Source: a virus (Duplodnaviria > Caudoviricetes). From it: 49,367 nucleotides of DNA. A program made the position numbers and the translations under genes. The DNA is taken from the IMG/VR virus record IMGVR_UViG_3300043394_000752, positions 1 through 49,367 of that record. One strand, written 5' to 3'. The notes beneath the pieces are model-generated. The model did no database searches. It was not told the origin of the DNA and worked only from the letters and a program-made list of their open reading frames with translations. How positions within the stretch are numbered: position 1 is the first letter of the stretch; each line of letters starts with the position of its first letter. Below are positions 9,795-19,877 of the stretch, in pieces.

Positions 9795-10922
9795 ATGAAA
9801 TTATCACTTATTAAGATTGTTGAGAACCAGGCTGAGATTGATGAAGCGGCCGGGGTTCCAGAAAATATAGTGGAGACCGCGGAAAGAATTTATTCGTTGG
9901 TATCTGATGTCGTTGCAAGTAGCGACTTTGAGAAAATACAAAATAGAAATGGGTTCCTCTTTAAAGAGAACTTTAGAATATCAGATCTTGAATTTAACCT
10001 GGCCAGATTCCGTTTTGTGTTTCAGAAGAAAGAACAAGAAGCTCCGGTTATGTTTGAACAAATGAATGTTAGATTCGAAGGTAAGTTTGATGATAGCAAA
10101 TTGGTTTATAATCGTTATAAAGATCTTGAGCTTGATATCACAAACTTATTGTTTATTAATGAGGACGCTAACTATGATAACATTAAAGAATATTTCATTA
10201 ACGAGAAAAAAGAGATAATTGAATTCATTGCTCACGAGTTGAAACACTATTATGACTTTTTTAAGATGGGGAAATATAAGTTGAAAGACAAAGCGGTTTA
10301 TGATGCGAACAATGTGGCGGTATTTCATCTTACCCCGGTGGATAACTTCATTTATTTGTTGTATTATTCTAGTGCATTTGAGAATCTTGTTAGACCAACT
10401 GAGATATATGCCGCGATTAAACAGAACGGAGTTAAACAAAAAGACTTTTATAATTTCTTATTGAACCACGACACCTATAAAATGGTTAAAGTACTTAAAG
10501 ACTTTACATATGAGAACCTAAAACAAGAGTTGAAGGACAATTATATGGATAGAGTGGATGAAATATTGAAAAGTTACGGTAAATCAGACGTTACTGACCC
10601 GGATGAGAAGATTAATTTGATTATGAAGCTGCTTTATACCACAATTACCAATGAAAAGCTTGCAATATTCAAATCGAAATTGAGTATGTTCCACAAAATT
10701 AAGTTTATTTATAAATCACAGAACGAAGCTTATGATGAATTTAAGAAAAACGTTGCTAGATTCAAATCTTATGACGATTTCTTCAGATACCATGAGAAAG
10801 AATTCAATTTTGTTGGCGATAGACTCTTTAAAAAGATTTCAAAACTATATTCTTTGTTAGATTCTGATAAAGATGGTACTAGACAAGCCGCAATTAACGA
10901 ATTTAAGGTGAAAAACACATAA
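9795..10922 (+). CDS. HExxH (zincin-like) domain protein
   Basis: IAHELKHYYD plus downstream E; ATG at 9795 just after TATTTAT. Confidence 0.6.
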   Translation: MKLSLIKIVENQAEIDEAAGVPENIVETAERIYSLVSDVVASSDFEKIQNRNGFLFKENFRISDLEFNLARFRFVFQKKEQEAPVMFEQMNVRFEGKFDDSKLVYNRYKDLELDITNLLFINEDANYDNIKEYFINEKKEIIEFIAHELKHYYDFFKMGKYKLKDKAVYDANNVAVFHLTPVDNFIYLLYYSSAFENLVRPTEIYAAIKQNGVKQKDFYNFLLNHDTYKMVKVLKDFTYENLKQELKDNYMDRVDEILKSYGKSDVTDPDEKINLIMKLLYTTITNEKLAIFKSKLSMFHKIKFIYKSQNEAYDEFKKNVARFKSYDDFFRYHEKEFNFVGDRLFKKISKLYSLLDSDKDGTRQAAINEFKVKNT

Positions 10923-10983
10923 AATTACCAAAATTAGGGGTAAACTAATGTGGTTTATACAATATTTATAATAAAAACTAGAA

Positions 10984-11280
10984 ATGAGAATAGATAACAT
11001 AATTAAAAGGTTAATTAGTGCACAAGAAGCCGGTGTGACACACGTAAAATTAAGTGAAAACCAAATATTTGAGATATTACCCGACGGTGAGTTAAAACAA
11101 ATCTACCCAATGACGCAATCAGAGAAGGAAAAGAAGAATTATGAGTATAGTACCAAACCAAACCAACAAATTGACGTTAAACATGCTGGTTCTAGATTCA
11201 GATCACCATATATGAGGGGAGAAAAAGGCGAAAACGAGCTACAAGAACAAATTAAACAAGAATTTAACAGATTTTTGTAA
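10984..11280 (+). CDS. hypothetical protein with C-terminal LQE...FNRFL motif
   Basis: 98 aa; C-terminus shared with 7296-7655. Confidence 0.75.
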   Translation: MRIDNIIKRLISAQEAGVTHVKLSENQIFEILPDGELKQIYPMTQSEKEKKNYEYSTKPNQQIDVKHAGSRFRSPYMRGEKGENELQEQIKQEFNRFL

Positions 11281-11405
11281 GATACGAGGGTGTAAAAGCC
11301 CCGCTTTAGGACCGGGACTAGTTATTTCCCGTTTTGGGACAAGAATTCGCTACTCTTGTCCCTTTTTTATTTAAAAGTAACTATATTTGCGCGATATTTA
11401 TAGCT

Positions 11406-11870
11406 ATGAAGATTATTATAACAGAAGAACAGTACGAAAAGATGAAAAAAGGCATGGATTGTGACACTCAAGTCATGTTCCAGTACGCTGATGCCATCAC
11501 TTCTAAGATTGGTAGTCGAAAAGTATGCGTAGATGAGGGGTTTTATAACCTATTAATGGACGAAATTAACAACAAATACACCCATCACCACATAACAAGT
11601 GGCGATTTAATCAATAAAATATTCGATTATTTCTATGAAGCCAACGGTTTTGAGGCTAAAAACCTTAAATTTGACTTCGTAAGTGGCGGTTCGGTACCAA
11701 TTGCACGCGTAATTTATCAAGAAAAAGAGATTGCGAAGCCAAAAGATGGTGCAAAATTCTTAAAATGCCAAGGTTGCCGTAAATTATACACACAAACAAT
11801 ACATAAAGGAAAGAAATCCATACCCGTTTGTCCGTGGTGTGGGATGCATAAAATGAAAAACAATGGGTAA
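11406..11870 (+). CDS. zinc-ribbon protein with MKIIITEEQ leader
   Basis: C-terminal CQGC...CPWC; ATG at 11406 after TATTTAT. Confidence 0.7.
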   Translation: MKIIITEEQYEKMKKGMDCDTQVMFQYADAITSKIGSRKVCVDEGFYNLLMDEINNKYTHHHITSGDLINKIFDYFYEANGFEAKNLKFDFVSGGSVPIARVIYQEKEIAKPKDGAKFLKCQGCRKLYTQTIHKGKKSIPVCPWCGMHKMKNNG

Positions 11871-12480
11871 AATTATATTAAACGAGGATCAAGTTAAAAG
11901 ATTGGTTAAAGTATTAAAGGAAGATCAAGAATTTAACGAGATTAGACGTTATGACTTTAATGATCCGGCTAAAGCTAAAGCAGCTAAGAAACGTATGGAC
12001 TATAAACGCGTTGTTGATGACCCAACTAATCATAAGTTAATTGTTAGTAAAGATGACTTACAGTATTTTTTCACACATAACGATGAAGAAAGTCAACTAG
12101 TCATCATTGTATTAGACAAAAAAACAAAAATGGGTGTTGGTCATGCAGGTTTCTTTATGATTGACGCATCAACATTTGAAGCAACAGTTCCATTTGTTGA
12201 TCCAGAATATAGAAATCGTGGTATCGCCACTGAAATTTATAGAATTGCGTTACTATTTGGTGACGTTGTATCTGGTGAAGCACAATCACAATTCGCTTCA
12301 GGGTTATGGAAACGTTTATATCGTGAATTACCTAATAAGATGGTCGCTGTTGATCGATCTACTGGTGAAGAGTATGATGTTACCACAACACAAAATGGTG
12401 AGCTTAAAATCGATACTGATGAGCCATTAGAAATATACGATGCTGGTAAAAATATCATTCTTAAATTAGAACACAAATAA
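11863..12480 (+). CDS. GNAT-family acetyltransferase
   Basis: Motif A VDPEYRNRGIATEIY; QS..A..LW. Confidence 0.75.
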   Translation: MGKIILNEDQVKRLVKVLKEDQEFNEIRRYDFNDPAKAKAAKKRMDYKRVVDDPTNHKLIVSKDDLQYFFTHNDEESQLVIIVLDKKTKMGVGHAGFFMIDASTFEATVPFVDPEYRNRGIATEIYRIALLFGDVVSGEAQSQFASGLWKRLYRELPNKMVAVDRSTGEEYDVTTTQNGELKIDTDEPLEIYDAGKNIILKLEHK

Positions 12481-13487
12481 TGAAAATAATAATAAACGAA
12501 TCTCAACGAGAAAGATTAGTGAAACACTTATACCAACCCAACGGAATTAGTTGCGGCCCAACATGTATTAAGATGGTTGGCGATTTTTTACGTGGAGAAA
12601 TTTCAAGCATCGAAGATATCTGTAAGGATTGTGGAACCGATAATATTACCGGAACACCACCTGATAGAATGAGAAAAGGTTTGGAAGCTCAGAACATACC
12701 GTATGTTGAACATATGGATGAAGAAAATCCATTTGATGCATTGAGAAACGTTTTAGATAACGGTAGCAACGCGATCTTAAGAACATTAACACATAGTGTA
12801 CCTCACTGGATTGTTGTTTATGGTTATCAGGTCGATGGAAATGATGTTGATGTGTTCTTAGTTAACGATCCATGGTTAGGCCAATTAACTTATAGCGAAG
12901 ATGATTTAAATTCAATATGGGAAGCTCGTAATTATTTTTATTTCGAAGTGCCAAGAGAAGAAGGTGAATCAGAAGTAAACGAAGGGGATATCAGTGAACC
13001 TAGATATTTTAATAACGTACAAATTAGAAAGTACAATCGCGAAACTGATTTTAAAAAAATATTCCCTAGACTAAATGAAGTCTATGATAAACTTGGATGG
13101 ACACCAGACGCCATATGGGAACAAATCGGACCGGTAGATGAAGAACTAAGTGTTGTTGTTGAAATTGACGGGAACGTTGCAGGGTTTTATTTTATTGGAA
13201 CCGATCAAATAATACCAGGTGGTGATCCCGATGTATATAAAACTTTATCTAAGTTAAATGGTATTGAAGGTGTTGCTCTTGGTGTATTTCCAGAATACAA
13301 AAATGCCGGTATTGGTAAAATGTTAATTGATTATCCCGCAACAATGGGATATGATTATATTTGGGGTTATCAGCTTAAAACATTGGATAACATAAACGAT
13401 TGGTTAAAAAGAAGAAAAATATATGTCCAGACAGCTGGATTATATTTAACATATCAAATATTTAATAGTAATGAAGAAAGTTTATAA
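12480..13487 (+). CDS. peptidase C39-like domain fused to GNAT domain
   Basis: Q-x-x-x-x-S-C-G-P-T-C, H-W-I-V-V, N-D-P-W papain-like residues; C-terminal VFPEYKNAGIGKML. Confidence 0.75.
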   Translation: MKIIINESQRERLVKHLYQPNGISCGPTCIKMVGDFLRGEISSIEDICKDCGTDNITGTPPDRMRKGLEAQNIPYVEHMDEENPFDALRNVLDNGSNAILRTLTHSVPHWIVVYGYQVDGNDVDVFLVNDPWLGQLTYSEDDLNSIWEARNYFYFEVPREEGESEVNEGDISEPRYFNNVQIRKYNRETDFKKIFPRLNEVYDKLGWTPDAIWEQIGPVDEELSVVVEIDGNVAGFYFIGTDQIIPGGDPDVYKTLSKLNGIEGVALGVFPEYKNAGIGKMLIDYPATMGYDYIWGYQLKTLDNINDWLKRRKIYVQTAGLYLTYQIFNSNEESL

Positions 13488-14100
13488 ATTAAAAGAAAGC
13501 GACTTACGTGGTTTAATTACCAAAATAGTTACAGAACAAAATGCTAGTGCCGGAACTGTTTCGGTAACTGGGGAGATTGGTGTAACGCCAACATATGATG
13601 GATTAAAAAAATTATTCAAAGAATTTAAACTAAGTGTTGAAGCTAGTTTAAGAAAAGAAACACCATTAAGAGTTAAATATAAATCAATGTCAGTTAAAAA
13701 ATCAGGTAACGGTATTTCTTTATCTGTTGAATTGGAACAATGTAAACCAGAAGAAAGATATTGGTTTTTTGATTTAGCTGGTGCGATGTATTCTAATGAT
13801 AGTTCGAATGGGCAAAATATTAAATCCGCAGTATCTTTAGCAATTCGTGAAAAACACAGAAAGTTCACTGGGACGCCAGCTGACGGTAAAGGTATTTTCT
13901 TATTAGGTCAATTGAACGTGTTTTTAAAATCAATTAAGGGGATTGATCCAAAAGATCCTGAGAAACTTTACACATTATATGTTGAATGTGTTGGTGCAAT
14001 TAAAGCTGACGACTACACAGAATTAGCTGACGAGGAACCTAAGACAACGGTACAACCTCAAACCACAACACCACCAGTAACTGGTCAACCACAGAAGTAA
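13471..14100 (+). CDS. hypothetical protein with leader motif
   Basis: MKKVYKLKESDLRGLITKIVTEQ. Confidence 0.75.
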   Translation: MKKVYKLKESDLRGLITKIVTEQNASAGTVSVTGEIGVTPTYDGLKKLFKEFKLSVEASLRKETPLRVKYKSMSVKKSGNGISLSVELEQCKPEERYWFFDLAGAMYSNDSSNGQNIKSAVSLAIREKHRKFTGTPADGKGIFLLGQLNVFLKSIKGIDPKDPEKLYTLYVECVGAIKADDYTELADEEPKTTVQPQTTTPPVTGQPQK

Positions 14101-14102
14101 TA

Positions 14103-14132
14103 AAAAACCCCAACTAAAATTGGGGTTTATTT
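14103..14132. terminator. bidirectional terminator
   Basis: A-tract, ACCCCAA..TTGGGGT, T-tract between convergent genes. Confidence 0.7.
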
Positions 14133-15653
14133 TTATATTTCATTTAATCTATCAGTTAACATTTCATTAAAGTAATCGTTATCGACATCCGGGGAATACC
14201 TGTCATCAAAATATATTTTAGGTTTATCTAAATCATATAAAATTTCGGTAAAAACACAACTTGGGTCACCTTCACAATTTTCATTCGCCTCATCTAAAAT
14301 ATCTAGATGTTCACCCATACTACTAATGACATTATCTAAATCGATAATTATTTTAGCTCCTTCATCAGTAAGCGATTCAACTTCACCGTATTCTTCTAAC
14401 TTGCTTTTAATTTCTTTATAAAAATGATAACTATAATCTGACGCTTCAGCATCATTTACGGAACTTTTAATTGCGCCTCTAATATCGTAATTATCGTCAA
14501 CTTCCTCAATAATATCTACCAAGTCATCTTCTTCGTTTATCTCAAGGTCATTATCTTTAGCTATCCCTCTTAATTTTTGCCAAATTAATGAAATGTTTTC
14601 TTTATCCACATGGTATTGAATGGCTGATTTCCAGTCAGCATGTTCATGGTTATCCCATAAATCATAGTCATCACCTCCTAACACAATACCAAAAATATCG
14701 TCACGAGTATTTCTATCTAACTGAATGTATTGTGAAATTTCATCAACTGAGACAAATTGTTCGAATACTGATGGTACCTTTTCAATTAATCCCAATTTTT
14801 GTAAAACTCTTTTTTCTTTCCAACCACCAAATAGTTCTGGCTTTTGTTTGTATAAAGATATAATTTGTTCTTCAGGTAAATCAGATATTTTAAAATCATT
14901 ATCGCTATCATATTCATAACCAAATCCATCAACCAAATCGCTAAGTAAAAATGGAATGATATATGGATGATATTGGGCTTTTGGTTTAGAATTGCTTTTA
15001 CCTTTCATTTGAAGGATTTTACCATTTTGTACTGAAGCAGTTAAATGGCTATCATTTAATGTGTGACCTTCCCCTATTTTTTTATAACTTCTTAATGTAT
15101 ATAAATTACCAGAACTTCTAGCGCAGTGTCCCATTCGATCAGCTTCGTCTGGACAATATGATGCGGCCAAGTCAGCCCAGTAAAGACCAACACCATCTTT
15201 TCTAAAATCTAAAATAACTTTATTTGTTTCTTTATAATCGATTTTAGCTTCCCCAATTTGTAAGTTCTCATGCCATGCAACTGATGATTGATATAGTTCG
15301 TTAAAAGTTAAATTCTTAAACGGAACAATGTCACCATTTAAACCAACATTAAACCAGTCCATTATTGAAACAACACGATCTCGTTCTCTAACAAATGAAT
15401 TTGACCCATTAACTAAAGACATTCTCTCTTTAATGTTCTTTGTTTTAACCACCTTTAAGTAATCTTCATACCGTTCACGATAATAATCTTTCTCGTATTT
15501 CTCTAAAATCTTATTAGCTAACATTATAGTTAGTGGACCAGCAATTTTACCTAAAGCTTCCGCATTGTATTCATTGACGCCTAATTTATTAATTAATGTA
15601 TCAATTTTGCTCGCTTCAGTTAATAATGTTTCTACTATATTTTTGAACTTCAT
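14133..15653 (-). CDS. PcfJ-like domain protein, putative virion-internal
   Basis: EADRMGHC, YTLR, QMKGKSN.KP motifs; paralog of 17667-18860. Confidence 0.65.
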   Translation of the reverse strand: MKFKNIVETLLTEASKIDTLINKLGVNEYNAEALGKIAGPLTIMLANKILEKYEKDYYRERYEDYLKVVKTKNIKERMSLVNGSNSFVRERDRVVSIMDWFNVGLNGDIVPFKNLTFNELYQSSVAWHENLQIGEAKIDYKETNKVILDFRKDGVGLYWADLAASYCPDEADRMGHCARSSGNLYTLRSYKKIGEGHTLNDSHLTASVQNGKILQMKGKSNSKPKAQYHPYIIPFLLSDLVDGFGYEYDSDNDFKISDLPEEQIISLYKQKPELFGGWKEKRVLQKLGLIEKVPSVFEQFVSVDEISQYIQLDRNTRDDIFGIVLGGDDYDLWDNHEHADWKSAIQYHVDKENISLIWQKLRGIAKDNDLEINEEDDLVDIIEEVDDNYDIRGAIKSSVNDAEASDYSYHFYKEIKSKLEEYGEVESLTDEGAKIIIDLDNVISSMGEHLDILDEANENCEGDPSCVFTEILYDLDKPKIYFDDRYSPDVDNDYFNEMLTDRLNEI

Positions 15654-15662
15654 TTCAGTTAA

Positions 15663-16733
15663 TTAACAATTTCCTTTTATTTCGTAACCGGTTTGACCAA
15701 CTGGTGAAAACACAACCACTTTTTTATCCCCCGTATTAACATCAAATGGTAATACCGATGCACCAATTTGAATACTATATAAAACAAATGTGTTAGTTCC
15801 TGATTCGACCATCTTTTTTAATGCATTAATACCCAATGAAACTTCTTCTCCTAATGATTGTAAATAACTTGAATTAGGTATCACTTCTGGATTAACCAAT
15901 AACTGTTTCATCAAACTATTATAATCCGTAGCCTCAATTGTAATTAAATTTTTACCAGAAACTGCTGGTGTTCCATTAAGTTTGGTTAATTGAGCAACAT
16001 AATATGGAACATATTTGAAGTCTGTGTATTTGTGTGCTTTTGTTGCCACATAACCACTATCTTTAACAATTTGGTTTTGTGTATTAACAACAACCATTCT
16101 ATCTGGAATTGATCCTGTTGTTATTGTTAGATTTCCTTTACCTTCAACTACCTCATTCGCTGTTATATAATTTTTAGACGGTTCACCTTGACCACCCGGT
16201 GCTTTGTAGCTCCAATTACAAACATCTTTAGTTGATGTTGGTTTTTGACCGGCACTAACAACTAAACTAATTGTTATGTATTGGTATTTTGTGTATTCGG
16301 GATTATCTTTACCTTTTGACGGATCCCATTCCGGGCCTTGAATACCCACATTATTATTTTTAAGTGAGACTTTCTCTCCTAATTTGCTCTTAATGTATTT
16401 CTCAGCTTCTTGGCCACGTTTAAGTGATAAATCACCAGGTTTTAAGCCAACCCCTCGGTTTGGTACTTTTGACTCAGATGATGATATAACAACATCGTAT
16501 TTTGTGTTAGGTGTTTTAGCAACAATCGCATTAATCTCTGAAATTGCAGCATCAATTGCTGATGTATCAGTTAATTGAAATTGACCACTTTTAAATGAAT
16601 TATTTATGTTAAATTCTTTAATTGGTTTCATTTGCATATTTTGAACCGTTTGTTCATTCAACATTTTGTTTTCAGAATTTATTGTGGTTAATACTCGTTT
16701 TATCTGGTCTTCAGTTAATATAATTGTTTTCAT
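15663..16733 (-). CDS. hypothetical protein with OmpA-C-like segment and leader motif
   Basis: F.SG......, SSESKVPN, LSLKRG.EA..YI resemble the OmpA C-terminal fold; MKTIILTEDQIKR leader. Confidence 0.55.
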   Translation of the reverse strand: MKTIILTEDQIKRVLTTINSENKMLNEQTVQNMQMKPIKEFNINNSFKSGQFQLTDTSAIDAAISEINAIVAKTPNTKYDVVISSSESKVPNRGVGLKPGDLSLKRGQEAEKYIKSKLGEKVSLKNNNVGIQGPEWDPSKGKDNPEYTKYQYITISLVVSAGQKPTSTKDVCNWSYKAPGGQGEPSKNYITANEVVEGKGNLTITTGSIPDRMVVVNTQNQIVKDSGYVATKAHKYTDFKYVPYYVAQLTKLNGTPAVSGKNLITIEATDYNSLMKQLLVNPEVIPNSSYLQSLGEEVSLGINALKKMVESGTNTFVLYSIQIGASVLPFDVNTGDKKVVVFSPVGQTGYEIKGNC

Positions 16734-16816
16734 CAAAAAATATGTTTAATAATAAATATCCAAATAAAAGATATCGAATATTTATAATTAAATAAACTTT
16801 ATTAATCAATATAACT

Positions 16817-17653
16817 ATGTTATTAAAATTAGGATCACAAGGGGAAGACGTTAGAAAACTACAGGTTAAATTAGGCGTAGACCCAATAGGGACATTTGGA
16901 CCAAAGACTGAAGCTGCCGTTAAAGCGTGGCAAAGTAAAAATGGATTAGTTGCTGATGGTATTGTTGGTGATGGTACTTGGGGTAAACTTATGTCAGAAG
17001 GTACAAAACCGGCAGGAGTGATTACTGAACCAGCACCAGTTTCAGGTGGCGGACTTAAATTAGAAAAATTAAAAGGACATATCCCTGACGCAGTAATTGC
17101 ACAAATACCAGACACTGCAGCTAAATTTGCAATTAACACACCATTGAGATTAGCTCACTTCTTGGCTCAATGTGGTCATGAATCAGGTGGATTCCGTGCA
17201 ACACAAGAAAACCTTAACTATTCTGCTAAAGGCTTAAACGGGATCTTTAGAAAATATTTCCCAACAGAGGCCGCTGCAGCATCTTATGCTAGACAGCCAG
17301 AGAAAATAGCATCTAAAGTATACGCAAATAGAATGGGTAACGGAACTGAAGCTTCAAAAGAAGGGTTTAAATTTCGCGGAAGAGGTTATATCCAACTTAC
17401 CGGTAAAGAAAACTATACGTCATTTGGTAAATCAATAAACGAAGACATTATTTCAAACCCAGACAAAGTTGCGACATCATATGCTTTATTATCTGCTGCT
17501 TGGTTCTTTAACAAGAATGGTTTACATAGAATGGCCGATGAAGGTTCAAGTGATACTGTTGTCACTAAGATAACAAAAAGAGTTAATGGTGGGACAATTG
17601 GTCTTGCTGATAGGATAAAACACTTTAAAGAATATTATGCTTTATTATCATAA
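16817..17653 (+). CDS. endolysin: peptidoglycan-binding domain + GH19 catalytic domain
   Basis: G.FGPKTEAAVKAWQ..NGL.ADGIVG; HFLAQCGHESGGF, ENLNYS, FRGRGYIQLTGK.NY, ITKRVNGG..GLADR. Confidence 0.92.
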   Translation: MLLKLGSQGEDVRKLQVKLGVDPIGTFGPKTEAAVKAWQSKNGLVADGIVGDGTWGKLMSEGTKPAGVITEPAPVSGGGLKLEKLKGHIPDAVIAQIPDTAAKFAINTPLRLAHFLAQCGHESGGFRATQENLNYSAKGLNGIFRKYFPTEAAAASYARQPEKIASKVYANRMGNGTEASKEGFKFRGRGYIQLTGKENYTSFGKSINEDIISNPDKVATSYALLSAAWFFNKNGLHRMADEGSSDTVVTKITKRVNGGTIGLADRIKHFKEYYALLS

Positions 17654-17655
17654 TT

Positions 17656-17687
17656 TAAAAAGGAGACTAGTTGTCTCCTTTTTTTTT
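17656..17687. terminator. bidirectional terminator
   Basis: AAAAAGGAGAC-tagtt-GTCTCCTTTTT between convergent genes. Confidence 0.75.
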
Positions 17688-18860
17688 GTCTTGTACAAAT
17701 TGATCATTTTTCTGAAGCTCTTTTATTGCGTCTTCTTTACTGATCATTTTAAATCGTCTCTCAATAATAAAGAGAATGAAACTATCTGGAGAATTTACAT
17801 TTTTAAATTCTTTCATTAAAGCGATTTGATCATGGTATGGTAGAAACTCAGTGTAGTCACTAAGTTCATCAACTTCGTATTCATAATCTTTTATGATCTC
17901 CATTGATTCAATATTAATAATACCGTACTTACCTTCGTCACTTCTTAAATCTTCCCTAAACATCACAATGTTTTCATCATTGAAGTCCGTATAAAGTTTT
18001 CGTTTATCCCCGAAAAAATAATCAATTTTTAAATCTCTATTCTTAGATAATACTGAGTTTAATGTGTCGGTATCTAAATCACTTAATTTAAAGTTGTTTT
18101 CAGCGCCATATGAGTTTCTATGGAAACCTTTAACAGGGTATTTTGTGTTTAGGATTAAATCAACGATATAACCATAATATTCTGATTTTGGTTTTGAGTT
18201 CTTTTTACCCTTTGTTTGATTTATTTTATGATCGGTTAGATTGTATGATGAAGTTATATGCGATCGACCATCCCCATATTGATTAATACTTCTTAATGAA
18301 AATAATGTGGTACCAGAGTCTCTTCCACAGTGACCCATTCGGTCGGCTTCTTCTTGAGAATATGATGTATTTAAATTAACCCAATAGTAACCAACTCCGT
18401 TAGTTCTATAGTCAATTAAAATCTCATTTTCTTCTTTATAGTTAGATGATTCGCTAGATTCTAATGACTGGTGCCATTCCCTTGACTTCTCTAAAGCATT
18501 TGAAAATGTAAGGTCTTTTAAATTAACATTTTCTCTTCGTCTTGGGCTAGTTAACCAGTCTAATATGTATTCGAAATTACTTCGATGTTGTGACCCCCAC
18601 ATTGTTACTTTTCCTGGACCGAACTTATTTAAAGTGTCCATCATTTCATCACGATCACTTCCACTTAATTGATCTTTAACCAATGCTTTAAATGAATTGG
18701 CAATCCATACCGAGTATTTTTCACTCATATTGTGGAATTCATTGGCCCAAGCTTCACTGAAACCAAGTGCGCTTTGTATAACCGAACGTCTATCCGCCTC
18801 AGTAATAACACCTGAACGTTTTTCGACTAATATCTCTTTAACTAAATTTTTAAACTTCAT
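17667..18860 (-). CDS. PcfJ-like domain protein, putative virion-internal
   Basis: EADRMGHC, FSLR, QTKGKKN.KP motifs; MKFKNLVKEILVE leader. Confidence 0.65.
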   Translation of the reverse strand: MKFKNLVKEILVEKRSGVITEADRRSVIQSALGFSEAWANEFHNMSEKYSVWIANSFKALVKDQLSGSDRDEMMDTLNKFGPGKVTMWGSQHRSNFEYILDWLTSPRRRENVNLKDLTFSNALEKSREWHQSLESSESSNYKEENEILIDYRTNGVGYYWVNLNTSYSQEEADRMGHCGRDSGTTLFSLRSINQYGDGRSHITSSYNLTDHKINQTKGKKNSKPKSEYYGYIVDLILNTKYPVKGFHRNSYGAENNFKLSDLDTDTLNSVLSKNRDLKIDYFFGDKRKLYTDFNDENIVMFREDLRSDEGKYGIINIESMEIIKDYEYEVDELSDYTEFLPYHDQIALMKEFKNVNSPDSFILFIIERRFKMISKEDAIKELQKNDQFVQDKKKGDN

Positions 18861-18906
18861 ATTCTTATAAATATATTTGTTAATCAAAACATTCTAATCA
18901 TAATGA

Positions 18907-19236
18907 TTAAATAAGGTTTGATTCAAATAAATCACGAATTTCACTGTTTAGTTTCAAAGTTAATCGTTGAATATATGCGAGTTTTAATCTTAAGTCACTG
19001 TTGTTAGGTTCTAAACTAGTGAAGTTACTAGGTAACAAATTGTCTTCTACAGTAACACCACCGTCTTCACCAGCTTGTTTAAGTAATTTAAGTTGGTAGT
19101 ATTTTTTAGAATTCAACTTAGTACAAGATTTACAATAAATGCTACACCCATCATCTGTCGTTTTATTCTTATAAAAATCGGCTAATGGTTTAGTTTCTTT
19201 ACATCCCGAACAACGTTTTTCTTTCTTTTCTGACAT
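18907..19236 (-). CDS. zinc-ribbon + coiled-coil protein
   Basis: KRCSGCKETKPLADFYKN...DG...YCKSC; promoter TATCTTTG at 19259-19266. Confidence 0.7.
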   Translation of the reverse strand: MSEKKEKRCSGCKETKPLADFYKNKTTDDGCSIYCKSCTKLNSKKYYQLKLLKQAGEDGGVTVEDNLLPSNFTSLEPNNSDLRLKLAYIQRLTLKLNSEIRDLFESNLI

Positions 19237-19304
19237 AATTATGTTATTATATGAGGGGCAAAGATATATGTTATTTTTGATATCACAAAAAAAATAGTAA
19301 AAAA

Positions 19305-19877
19305 ATGAAAAAAAGTACACCAGTATGTAAAGTCGGGTTTTATCAAATAAACAAGATAACTAACGGTTTAAATGAAAGTTATGAAGCAGATAGTGGTAAA
19401 TTAATCTTTGTTGCTAGATATAAAAAATACATGGTTAACCCAAATAGAGATAGAAAAGAATTCAAAACATTAGAAAAAGCCAAAGATTACGCAGCAATCA
19501 AATTATCGAAATATGGTAAAAAGAAAGAAGCTAAATTAAAAACAATCCCTAAATCGTTATATCTCATATTAATTAAAGAACAATCAACGGGCGTTACATT
19601 TGTAAAAGTTGGTATAACCGCAAAAAAGTTTATAATGCGAAGATTTAGTAAAGCATATGGATATGAGGGATACGTTGTTGAATCAATATTAAGACGTATT
19701 GAATCACCGATATCTGAAAAACTTGAATCAGAAATAAAAGATAAGTTAAACAAAAAAGGATCTGTAAAAAAATACAGACCCGTTTTAAAATCATTTTCAG
19801 GTTATTCAGAATGTTTTGATTATTCTGGTTATGACGATATTATTAAAATATTTGATTTAGTTGCAAATAAATCTTAG
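19305..19877 (+). CDS. GIY-YIG superfamily (T5orf172-like) nuclease
   Basis: LYLI...FVKVGIT..RRF...LESEI...GYSECF. Confidence 0.6.
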   Translation: MKKSTPVCKVGFYQINKITNGLNESYEADSGKLIFVARYKKYMVNPNRDRKEFKTLEKAKDYAAIKLSKYGKKKEAKLKTIPKSLYLILIKEQSTGVTFVKVGITAKKFIMRRFSKAYGYEGYVVESILRRIESPISEKLESEIKDKLNKKGSVKKYRPVLKSFSGYSECFDYSGYDDIIKIFDLVANKS

